From assembly GCA_000004985.1 (NCBI GenBank), contig GG738861.1: DNA of 64,000 nucleotides, one strand, 5' to 3'. Position 1 is the stretch's first letter. Each line of letters opens with the position of its first letter. The notes under the pieces were generated by a model. That model was not told the DNA's origin. It did no database searches and saw nothing but the letters and a program-made list of their open reading frames with translations. Source of the stretch: Naegleria gruberi. Lineage: Eukaryota. Below are positions 1 to 10,004 of this stretch, piece after piece. The position numbers were made by a program, and so were the translations under genes.

Positions 1-744
1 GTGGCCGAAGAATTATTGAGGCAACACCATATTTCATCCAACAAACGACAACTACAGTACGGCTCAAACAACAATTATTGGCTGGAAAGAAAGCACCCCT
101 CAAGATTTAAATGAATTTCAAAGCCGAAAAGATGAAAAAAAAAATATTCAACAAATAATCCGTTGTGACTTGCTGATTTTCAGAGTGATTTCACATCATG
201 AAAGCACCAAACTTTCACATCAGCATCTCAACATCATCCGAATAGTAATAACAATCATTGTTTTTTATTAGTGGATTATTATCAGCAAATAGGAATTTAT
301 TTTTAAAGTTGGAAAAATACCAGTTGGTGAACCATCATATGAGCACTCACCAACCATCATCATTATTGTTTTCCATCAATATAATAATAGTATTTGTGGA
401 AATTAATTTTTAGTAATGTAATTTTGGTTGAAGAGCCAAAATTTTCACTAAATCCATCATCACTGCTGAATCTACTGAACAAGTTGGAAAACTGTGAATG
501 TAGTATTGTTCGGAATTGTCAATAGGAGGCAGGAGAACTTTCTCTGATTCTACTACTATTTAAAATAGATAATAAACATCATATTTATTATCAGATTTTC
601 ATCATGTTCTATTGCCCTATCATCATTGCAATAATATAATTAATGAAAGACTTCCAATACGGCCCAAACCATTTGCACCACCCAAACAATCAAGTTTGCG
701 ATTGAAAGATTTTCAAGTTTGCGATTGACTCTTCAACACATAAA

Positions 745-2320
745 GTAAAGTATTCAGATTGATTTTAATTTTACATAATAGTTTTATTACAAACAAGTTT
801 TTGTTGTTTGTTTGGGAGAATTGAATTGTTTCAAAATCAATAGATTTAGAAACACTTTCTGTGGACAATACCTGGACCGGCATCCTCATATTCTTCCTTG
901 GTGATCCACATTTGTTGGAAAGTGGACAATGAAGCCAAGATGGAACCACCAATCCAGACAGAGTACTTTCTTTCAGGTGGAGCAACAACCTTAATCTTCA
1001 TGGAAGCTGGAGCCATAGCAGTCAATTCCTTGGTCATTCTTTCAGCAATACCTTCGAACATAGTAGTACCACCAGACAAGACAACGTTACCGTACAAGTC
1101 CTTTCTGATATCAATATCACATTTACCAATAGAGTTGAAAGTAGTTTCATGAACACCAGCAGCTTCCATACCAATGAAGTTTGGTTGGAACAAAACTTCT
1201 GGACATCTGAATCTTTCATTACCAACAGTGATAACATTACCGTCTGGCAATTCGTATGACTTTTCAACAGATGATGATTCAGCAGCAACCTTCATTTCAG
1301 CTTCGAAATCCAAAGCAATATAACAGAGCTTTTCCTTAATATCTCTGACGATTTCTCTTTCAGCAGTAGTATTGAATGAGTAACCTCTTTCCATCAAAAT
1401 CTTCATCAAGTAATCAGTCAAATCACGGCCAGCCAAATCCAATCTCAAAATGGCGTGTGGCAAAGCATAACCTTCATAAATTGGAACAGTGTGGGAAACA
1501 CCATCACCAGAGTCCAAAACAATACCAGTGGTTCTACCAGAAGCATACAAGGACAAGACAGCTTGAATAGCGACATACATAGCTGGAACTGAGAAGGTTT
1601 CAAACATAATTTGAGTCATCTTTTCTCTGTTTGCCTTTGGATTCAAAGGAGCTTCAGTCAACAAGACTGGGTGTTCTTCTGGAGCAACTCTCAATTCATT
1701 GTAGAAAGTGTGATGCCAGATCTTTTCCATATCGTCCCAATTGGTAACAATACCGTGTTCAATTGGATACTTCAAAGTCAAAATACCTCTCTTTGATTGA
1801 GCTTCATCACCAACATAGGCATCCTTATTACCCATACCAACCATAATGGACTTTTGCTTTGGTCTACCAATAATTGAAGGGAAGACAGCTCTTGGAGCAT
1901 CATCACCAGCAAAACCAGCTTTACACATACCAGAACCGTTATCGACAACGAGGGCTTGAACGTCTTCACAGAATGACATTTTATAGATTATTTGAATGGA
2001 TTTGTTTTTTTTGATTTTTAATTGATGATTTGTGTGTTAAAAAAATATTTAAATGAAAAATTAATGAAAGAATGATTGATGTGATTGATGGCAAGTCAAA
2101 TTGAAGTTTTAAAAAACTATTTTAGAGGTCATTTTTTAAATGTGGAAAGTCAAGTGAAGAAGAACAACTTTACAATATGACTTTTCATTCTTTTCATTCA
2201 ACACATCATCAAAATTACTAGCAATCAACTGTAAAATTTAACACATCAAACATTGCTTTGTCAACTTACTGTAATTTTCAACGTGGAAAAAATTCATCAA
2301 GTTTGAATGAAACCAACTTC
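745..2320. repeat. arm A of a ~1.57-kb inverted duplication (actin CDS plus ~340 bp 5' flank plus ~100 bp 3' flank)
   Basis: The reverse complement of 1980..2315 matches 8160..8477 with small indels (e.g. aatatttttttaacacacaaatcatcaattaaaaatcaaaaaaaaacaaatccattcaaat). The 3' flank, reverse-complemented 760..845, matches 9612..9707. Similarity ends at about 745 and about 2320. Confidence 0.8.
846..1979 (-). CDS. actin (copy A), 377 aa, single exon
   Basis: Full-length ORF with canonical actin motifs ([68 protein letters not shown]-terminus). Stop is TAA. Codons are those of a highly expressed gene (GGT, GCT, AGA, TTG, CCA). Confidence 0.95.
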
Positions 2321-3072
2321 GTCATCATGGAGGAACTAACAGCAACCAGGAATTAATTTATTGTTAGGATTGTGGTCAAGAGACGAAATTAACAAAATTG
2401 TCTCACCCTATATATTCATTGATGCATCAGTGATTCGCATTCTTGTTGTGGTGAGTCCTCTATGGACTTTGATTGGATTGATACTTGGTAATCGGATTCT
2501 CCTTCTTAATACCTCACAAATGGGAATAAGTTTTCTTCTGATTTTCAATTCCCAAGACTAGTATTTATTGTGGTCAGTCTTTTTGGCCTTACACTTGATA
2601 AGTGTGATCTACTGGATTTGGCCAAAATCATCAATAACACTGCCTCGTATCTGCTTGTTGGAATGCCAATTTTTTTAAGTTGGAAGTGCTTGTTGTTATT
2701 AAGAGAGTAATCCAAACAATAATCATTCCTCAATGGTTGTGATATTTTTGATATTTTAGACACAAAGTGGAATTTAATTTGGCTTCAGGTAGGCCTAATT
2801 GCTCTTTTTCCCAACATGAAGATTGTTGGAAACAATACTATGGAGAAAGAATAATAGATTTGGAATTGACCTATTTGGTCCTAATTGCTTGTGGATATTA
2901 TGAGTTTTTTATTGTTTTCTTAAAATTTGAGTTTCACCAATATTTGGATATTTTATTTATTACAAAGCCATACTACGGGGCAAAACATCAATCAACAAGT
3001 GAATGTTCAAGTAATTTCAATAATTGAGCAAAGTTCATCCATCACAATAAATTATTTACAATTCATAAAAAA

Positions 3073-3975
3073 ATGTCTCAAACAACAGTAAAGAATCGTT
3101 GCCCTCACAGAGTTTGGTATCGATTGTATGAATCCGATGATGTAAACTTTACAGGAAAAGACATTGCATCAGGTGAACAGCAAACTGTGGAGGGTGAATT
3201 TAAATCAGTGAAGGGATTCAAGTGGGAGAGAGGAGAGGATGAAGTTTGGGAACCAACTTTTAAAAGTCTATTAGAACCACAAGATGCTTGGAATTATCAC
3301 GTTGATTTGACTTCATTGTTTGGATGTAGACCTGCTAGCTCAATCAAAGTGTTCATGGCATGTTTGGCTGGTCCAGCAGATCCAATGACAAGGAATGACA
3401 TTATTCTCATCGATAAATTACATAAAGAGATTGGTGTACCAAGGGAGAATATTTGGATGTTTTTGGAGAGACAATGTACACCAAATGCAATTTATGAATC
3501 ATTGAAGGTGGCTGCCGAAATTTGTAATGATGAAAATGATATCCTATTTGTTTATTTGGGAGGACATGGAAGCAGAAAACAAAGTGAAGTTTATCAAGAA
3601 AGTGGAAACAAGTTTGAATATAATTTGGGAACTTGGGGAGGATCTACTCCTAGCTCACTTGTTTTGAAAGCAATTCAAAATGTAAAGTGTCCTGTTTTTA
3701 TGGTAGTGGACTCGTGTTATAGTGGCCAAATGATTGATGATGCAAAGAGTTATTTCCTTCATGCACCTCTTGCTCATGAGTTGTATGTTTTAACTTCAAC
3801 TCAGAATGACAAGTCAGCTCAAACTGGCTGGAGACTAATTCAAATGTTGATTGATATCATGATTGAAAGATCAAAGAGTATTACAATTACTCCTACTCTG
3901 ATAGGAAAGACAATTTCAGAAAATTTGAGAACCCCCTATGAAGAACAACGATCTCAATTCCAAATTATTGAATAA
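3073..3975 (+). CDS. caspase-fold (clan CD, C14-like) cysteine peptidase domain protein, 300 aa
   Basis: Putative catalytic dyad ILFVYLGGHGS ... VFMVVDSCYSGQ, with ~48 residues between His and Cys as in caspases and metacaspases. No signal peptide seen. Confidence 0.45.
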   Translation: MSQTTVKNRCPHRVWYRLYESDDVNFTGKDIASGEQQTVEGEFKSVKGFKWERGEDEVWEPTFKSLLEPQDAWNYHVDLTSLFGCRPASSIKVFMACLAGPADPMTRNDIILIDKLHKEIGVPRENIWMFLERQCTPNAIYESLKVAAEICNDENDILFVYLGGHGSRKQSEVYQESGNKFEYNLGTWGGSTPSSLVLKAIQNVKCPVFMVVDSCYSGQMIDDAKSYFLHAPLAHELYVLTSTQNDKSAQTGWRLIQMLIDIMIERSKSITITPTLIGKTISENLRTPYEEQRSQFQIIE

Positions 3976-4366
3976 GTAACTGGCCCACAACAAATCTCCC
4001 AAAATCATATTCGAATGATGAACGAGATCTACAAAATGAGAAATAAACATTAGTCTCCATTATGTCTGTAAACTGTCCCATTCAAGGAAGGGTTCAGAAA
4101 GATATGGAAAATTTGTCAAACAGTCAAACTGCATTATTGCAATGTATTTCAAGCAATTTATTTCATGTTCATTTCTTGAGATATTTGGTAGTAATGTAAA
4201 ATGTGTTTCCAATTATTAAATATCTATGTAACATTATAATTATGAACGAAATCACTTCAGTTAAATTTTGACGATGAAAACAATTCTGAAAATAGCATAA
4301 CTTTAAAAAACATAAATTTTTGCCATCAACTTTTAATGTCCAACCATCAAATCAACATAAAAAAAA

Positions 4367-5116
4367 ATGCAACCCATTCAACCACCAAACAAACAATCAT
4401 CATCAGCAACACCTTCTTTCCTTAATTCTCAGCAACGGAACCAACATGATGAAAAACAACCTGTGAATGATAATGAAGAACAAGATGAACTAAATTTATC
4501 AATTTATGAAGAGGATAATATCAGCACAGATGATGAATGTCATGATAATGGAATTTCCAATTTATCTTTGCATTCCAATCATCAAGAAGATGAAACAGAG
4601 GATGCATCTCCACTTGAGGAATTGAACAAATTCGTCTTCAACATTCATGCTTTCAGAGGTGAATTGTTAATGAATGAGACAAGTAATAATGCCACTATTC
4701 AAGTTTACAAAAATACAAATTATAGCTGTAGAAATTCAAATTTCAAGTTACATGATATTCCCTTGATATTCTTGGATGGTTGTAAAGATAATGTATTTTA
4801 TTGTAAGAAACATTGTGAGAAAGTGTATTCACATTCGAATCTCCATACCACAATTGACAGATTAGGTGGATCCACAACAAGAATTACAGCATTTGGACTT
4901 TCTTTATTGAAGAAGGCAATGGTGCTGATAAACAAGGAATCGAATAGTTTTGATACACTGCTATCTAATCATGCTCAACAGCTGGCTTTGGTTTCGTATA
5001 CAGGATTGATGCTAATGGCTAATAAGAAGAAGAATCAACCTGAATGGGACGAAACTGAATTATCTTCCTTTTACAAGCACAAGTTTATTATTGTATTGAA
5101 GGGAATTACTTTATAA
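4367..5116 (+). CDS. hypothetical acidic protein, 249 aa (Q/N/D/E-rich N-terminus)
   Basis: Long ORF with host-like codon usage. No recognisable domain. Confidence 0.4.
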   Translation: MQPIQPPNKQSSSATPSFLNSQQRNQHDEKQPVNDNEEQDELNLSIYEEDNISTDDECHDNGISNLSLHSNHQEDETEDASPLEELNKFVFNIHAFRGELLMNETSNNATIQVYKNTNYSCRNSNFKLHDIPLIFLDGCKDNVFYCKKHCEKVYSHSNLHTTIDRLGGSTTRITAFGLSLLKKAMVLINKESNSFDTLLSNHAQQLALVSYTGLMLMANKKKNQPEWDETELSSFYKHKFIIVLKGITL

Positions 5117-5153
5117 CTCAAATTGTTGTAATCATAAATTCGAATATTAAAAA

Positions 5154-5513
5154 ATGTCATATCTTCAACTCCCCACAGAGATGCACCACCAGATTCTATC
5201 CTATTTATCACCTTTTTGTGAATTATTCCACAATCAAATTGGTGGAAAACACTTGGATCCATTTATAAAGTTCATTCCGATAATATTGAACTTTCGATTG
5301 ATTCATCCAAATTATTCGAAATTAATTTCAAAATATGTAGATGAATTTTGTTGGAGTTTATTTGGAAATATGATGGATACTTATTCGATAGAACCCAAAG
5401 AAATTGATTTATTGAAAATTAAATTCACCAAAATTGGAATTGTGAAAAGTTTTGGTTCCTTTATTCATCTGATTCGAACAAGAGAAAAACAAATCCGATT
5501 CATCAGAAATTAA
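5154..5513 (+). CDS. F-box motif protein (119 aa ORF; may be the 5' exon of the downstream GTPase)
   Basis: N-terminal LPTEMHHQILSYLSP fits the F-box consensus LPxEIL..IL.yL. No C-terminal substrate-binding domain within the ORF. Confidence 0.45.
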   Translation: MSYLQLPTEMHHQILSYLSPFCELFHNQIGGKHLDPFIKFIPIILNFRLIHPNYSKLISKYVDEFCWSLFGNMMDTYSIEPKEIDLLKIKFTKIGIVKSFGSFIHLIRTREKQIRFIRN

Positions 5514-6180
5514 ACTCTTTCTACTGGGAAGTGTGTACAGTGGCAAAACCTCAATTATTAAGAGATTTGTTTATAATCAGTTCACACAAGGTTATGAATC
5601 ACCTTCCTGTTTTTATGAAGAATTCAAACAAACAATTTCTATAGATCAAAGAGAAGAATCCATACTCTTAATAGATTCATTTGGGATCCTTAGTCGTTTC
5701 CTTCCATTTGAAGAACGTTATTATTGTAAAAAGATTAATTTCAATGTTTTGGTAATTGTTTGCTCAATGACGGAATATGAAAGTTTGCATGATTTGAAAC
5801 AAATATTGAGGAGATTTGTGGATGATAAGGGATTGAATGCTCCTTGTGTTGTGGCCATTAATAAGTGTGATCTTTTTCATCATTGTGTGGTTGATATAAG
5901 GGAGGTTAATGAAATTGTGGAAAATTTTGGATTGACTGATTATAAAATTATGGAGACGAGTGCAAAAACAGGAAAGAATATTGAAGAATTAGTGGAAGAA
6001 TGTGTTAGAAAGTTTAGAGAACGATTGAGAGATGTAAAAAGTGTTGTAGAACAAGTTCTGTTATTGGATCAAGAGGAGAAAGATGACAGAATGAGTATTT
6101 ACAAGATGGTGTTTATACCTCTTTGCTTTCTTTGGAATTTGATACTAAACTCGATTTTTCTCTGGAAGCTTAATGAATAG
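5473..6180 (+). CDS. divergent Ras-superfamily small GTPase
   Basis: G1 KLFLLGSVYSGKTS, G3 LLIDSFG (DxxG), G4 NKCD, G5 ETSAK. The frame is open from 5473 with no ATG before the listed GTG start at 5533, so the true 5' end is probably supplied by splicing. Ends TAG at 6180. Confidence 0.65.
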   Translation, partial: FEQEKNKSDSSEIKLFLLGSVYSGKTSIIKRFVYNQFTQGYESPSCFYEEFKQTISIDQREESILLIDSFGILSRFLPFEERYYCKKINFNVLVIVCSMTEYESLHDLKQILRRFVDDKGLNAPCVVAINKCDLFHHCVVDIREVNEIVENFGLTDYKIMETSAKTGKNIEELVEECVRKFRERLRDVKSVVEQVLLLDQEEKDDRMSIYKMVFIPLCFLWNLILNSIFLWKLNE

Positions 6181-6637
6181 AATCTCACCGACACGGAATT
6201 CACTAGACAAGTTTTCATTATTTTATGAAACAGAAAGGATAACCTTCTTAATGTTTCAAAAGATGCTAATCAAATAATTGGAAATGTTATAATCTATCAA
6301 CATTTCATTCTGTGGATCATCTTCTGAAATTCTGAATTGAATAGCAATGGAGCTTTGTTTAAAAGATAACTTGATAAGATTTGTTAATTAATTATAATTT
6401 ACAATTTTTCATGACTAACGTAATTCTCAACAATAACATACCAATTTGAAATTTGGTAAAACTGCAAATAGAATATTTTATTGGAAAGAAAAATAAAGGA
6501 GTCTAACCTTTGACTATTTTCTCGATGGAATTAGGAGATAAGGTTTTGAAAATTGGCAGATATGTTGATTACATACCAGTCTTCATATTATGAAAAAAAT
6601 TTTAAATTAAATAGTGAAGATAAAGTTAAAAATTAAT

Positions 6638-7092
6638 CTCGAGTGCCGGGAATTGAATTTCCTAATTTGGAAGATGACTTCAACAACCAAATAACAATAA
6701 TAAATTGGGTTATTAAATTAATGTTTATTAAATAGTGACCGTTAGGTCACTGATTGTTAATTAATTATTGATGATGATTTGTTGTTGAACAGATACTAAC
6801 CACCACCGATTGTTGTCATAATATTAAACACAGAGTAATCACCGTGTCGCCAAATTCCTTGATAATTATTCATAACTGTAACTTCTTGATCAAAAGGCAC
6901 TCGAGCAATAAACAATTTGATTTCACACAGCCAAAACTCTCGTTCATACTTTGGGTACCGGGAATGAAATTTCCAAATAAGGAATGACCGATATCATTCA
7001 ACTATTACTAACTCATACTCACACTAACAAAACAAATTGAACCCGGGTCGCCAGAGTGACAGTCTGGAATGCTACCACTATACCACACCCGA
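6638..7092 (-). pseudogene. tRNA-Asp(GUC) gene interrupted in the T-loop: 5' part 7092..7035 (nt 1-60), 3' part 6650..6638 (T-stem CCCGG + acceptor CACTCGA + discriminator G)
   Basis: Reverse complement of 7035..7092 is TCGGGTG TG GTAT AGTGGTA GCAT T CCAGA CTGTCAC TCTGG CGAC CCGGG TTCAATT (anticodon GTC). Reverse complement of 6638..6657 is TTCAATT CCCGG CACTCGA G. The acceptor halves pair 7/7 with one G·U, and the T-stem halves pair 5/5. The two parts are 377 bp apart. Confidence 0.75.
6658..7034. mobile_element. 377-bp non-coding insertion in the tRNA-Asp T-loop, flanked by 7-bp direct repeats AATTGAA (6651..6657 and 7035..7041)
   Basis: Left end TTTCCTAATTTGGAAG and right end ...CAACTATTACTAACTCATACTCACACTAACAAAACAA. 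Both ends are homologous to the ends of the 1,333-bp insertion at 23272..24604. It contains an internal second copy of the junction motif at 6951..6985. Confidence 0.55.
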
Positions 7093-8159
7093 TTTCATAT
7101 TAAGTGATAAATATTATTGAATATATAGACGTATTTTCAACAATTTTAAATAATTCTACCAACACCAATCCTGTGGTGAGATCCAGTTTCAAACCCTTTT
7201 AAAGGCATCCATTGCCCATCAGTAATTATAAACGAGTTGATCTCACAATAGTTCCTCGGACAATATTCCAATTTCCTTCAACACGTATTCTTCTTCCAAT
7301 CTCTCAAGCCTTTCCATAAATTGCAATACAATAATGATTCAGAAGTATGAATAAATTCAATAGTATCACATTTACATATAGTACATTTAGAACATGATCA
7401 GCACAGCCATTAGTTTCCCAAATTCCACTCTCTGAAAATCTTAAAGATTCAGTACTATCAGTCTCGTGTAGAAATTAACAAGAATACTGTGATAATTCAT
7501 TCACTCACAGAATTCAATTCAGTAGGTGAAAAGACAGGAAAGTTAATTTGATCTACCTTAAAATTGGTTTCCATCTTTGTCTAGAATATCACCTTAATTC
7601 ATTGAACAAGGGAATTTTCTAGAATATACATGTTAACTTTGCAAGAGCTTATTTCAAAAGATCAACTCTTGACACAAGTGGAAAATTAATCAACTCAAAT
7701 TAACAATGCTGTTCAATCACTGATGTCAAATATTAAAGGGTTCATCCCTATCCCCAATTACTATTCTCTTAAAATCACATAACTTTATCCAAAATGATTT
7801 CCAGTGTTTTCCCTTCTTCATTCCAGAATTAACTGAAGAAATATCATCCACTCAACTAATCATCTCAATAATACATGTGTTTATCTCAAATTATAATGTA
7901 AATATATCCACAGCACACAATGTTGCAACTTGAATTGATTGGAAGAGTAGAGTCACTTTGGGATGATTAAATTTGTTGTAGCCTCTCCACTAAATGTTAA
8001 ACCAACAACAACAATAATACCATCCAATGATAATCAACAATTGACGGCCCTCCAACTAGAAAGGGACAAGAAATAACGATGTGATATTACTATCAATATG
8101 TATGTGGTGGGAATTGTGTGAGCAGATGCAAGAATATTGTAGATGAAGGTTTTCTATTT

Positions 8160-9710
8160 TTTATCAAACTTGATGAATTTTTTCCATGTTGAAAATTACA
8201 GTAAGTTGTTAATTGCAATGTTTGCTGATTGTTTGCTCGTAATGTTTGATGATGTGTTGAATGAAAATAATGAAAAGTCATATTGTAAAGTTGTTCTTCT
8301 TCACTTGACTTTCCACATTTAAAAAATGACCTCTAAAATAGTTTTTTAAACTTCAATTTGACTTGCCATCAATCACATCAATCATTCTATCATTAATTTT
8401 TCATTTAAATATTTTTTTAACACACAAATCATCAATTAAAAATCAAAAAAAAACAAATCCATTCAAATTCTATAAAAATGTCATTCTGTGAAGACGTTCA
8501 AGCCCTCGTTGTCGATAACGGTTCTGGTATGTGTAAAGCTGGTTTTGCTGGTGATGATGCTCCAAGAGCTGTCTTCCCTTCAATTATTGGTAGACCAAAG
8601 CAAAAGTCCATTATGGTTGGTATGGGTAATAAGGATGCCTATGTTGGTGATGAAGCTCAATCCAAGAGAGGTATTTTAACTTTGAAGTATCCAATTGAAC
8701 ACGGTATTGTTACCAATTGGGATGATATGGAAAAGATCTGGCATCACACTTTCTACAATGAATTGAGAGTTGCTCCAGAAGAACATCCAGTCTTGTTGAC
8801 TGAAGCTCCTTTGAATCCAAAGGCCAATAGAGAAAAGATGACTCAAATTATGTTTGAAACTTTCTCAGTTCCAGCTATGTACGTCGCTATTCAAGCTGTC
8901 TTGTCCTTGTATGCTTCTGGTAGAACTACTGGTATTGTTTTGGACTCTGGTGATGGTGTTTCCCACACTGTTCCTATCTATGAAGGTTATGCTTTGCCAC
9001 ACGCCATCTTGAGATTGGATTTGGCTGGTCGTGATTTGACTGATTATTTGATGAAGATTTTGATGGAAAGAGGTTATTCATTCAATACTACTGCTGAAAG
9101 AGAAATTGTCAGAGATATTAAGGAAAAGCTCTGTTATATTGCTTTGGATTTCGAAGCTGAAATGAAGGTTGCTGCTGAATCATCATCAGTTGAAAAGTCA
9201 TACGAATTGCCAGATGGTAATGTTATCACTGTTGGTAACGAAAGATTCAGATGTCCAGAAGTCTTGTTCCAACCAAACTTCATTGGTATGGAAGCTGCTG
9301 GTGTTCATGAAACTACTTTCAACTCCATTGGTAAATGTGATATTGACATCAGAAAGGACTTGTACGGTAACGTTGTCTTGTCTGGTGGTACTACTATGTT
9401 CGAAGGTATTGCTGAAAGAATGACCAAGGAATTGACTGCTATGGCTCCTGCTTCAATGAAGATTAAGGTTGTTGCTCCACCTGAAAGAAAGTACTCTGTC
9501 TGGATTGGTGGTTCCATCTTGGCTTCATTGTCCACTTTCCAACAAATGTGGATCACAAAGGAAGAATATGAGGATGCCGGTCCAGGTATTGTTCACAGAA
9601 AGTGTTTCTAAATCTATTGATTTTGAAACAATTCAATTCTCCCAAACAAACAACAAAAACTTGTTTGTAATAAAACTATTATGTAAAATTAAAATCAATC
9701 TGAATACTTT
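8160..9710. repeat. arm B of the inverted actin duplication
   Basis: See arm A. The arms are separated by ~5.8 kb carrying 3073..6180 and the repeat-rich 6200..8100 region. Confidence 0.8.
8478..9611 (+). CDS. actin (copy B), protein identical to copy A
   Basis: Same 377-aa translation as 846..1979. Nucleotide sequence differs at a few synonymous sites (alternate-frame shadow ORFs 1034..1288 and 9169..9423 differ at 6 of 84 codons). Confidence 0.95.
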
Positions 9711-10004
9711 TTGTGTTGCGAAAGAGAAATTGAAATCTTTAACAAACTTCGAATAGGTTCAAAGTTATTATAGACAAAACTTGGAAATGAACTAAATTAA
9801 TCTTCCCTTAAATCAAAAAGATTCTCATTTACTCTCAAGCCCTTAAATAGTCATCATCAACATGTTGACTCTCTCTCGAATATTCGTCATCACCAACAGC
9901 ACGGAAGTTTAGGATGACGCACAAAAAGATATTATTCGTAAATAATGTACTTATGAATAAAATATATTTGGATCTATTCAAAAGGATCTAAAATAGAAAA
10001 AAAA

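Noticed and set aside
898-1969. ORFs 898..1152, 1034..1288, 1376..1570, 1611..1796, 1778..1969 (and mirror ORFs 8488..8679, 9169..9423, 9305..9556) overlapping actin
   Set aside because: Alternate-frame or antisense shadow ORFs inside a highly conserved actin CDS.
2361-3027. Small ORFs 2361..2561, 2545..2763, 2767..3027 between actin copy A and the caspase-like gene
   Set aside because: Short, no domain signal, atypical composition. Probably promoter or intergenic sequence.
6638-7092. Interpreting the split tRNAs as genes with ordinary tRNA introns or as circularly permuted tRNA genes
   Set aside because: Eukaryotic tRNA introns sit at anticodon position 37/38 and are short. Here the break is in the T-loop, hundreds of bp long, and flanked by a 7-bp direct duplication. 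The 5' half precedes the 3' half in transcription direction, so the genes are not permuted. A very unusual T-loop intron cannot be fully excluded without transcripts.
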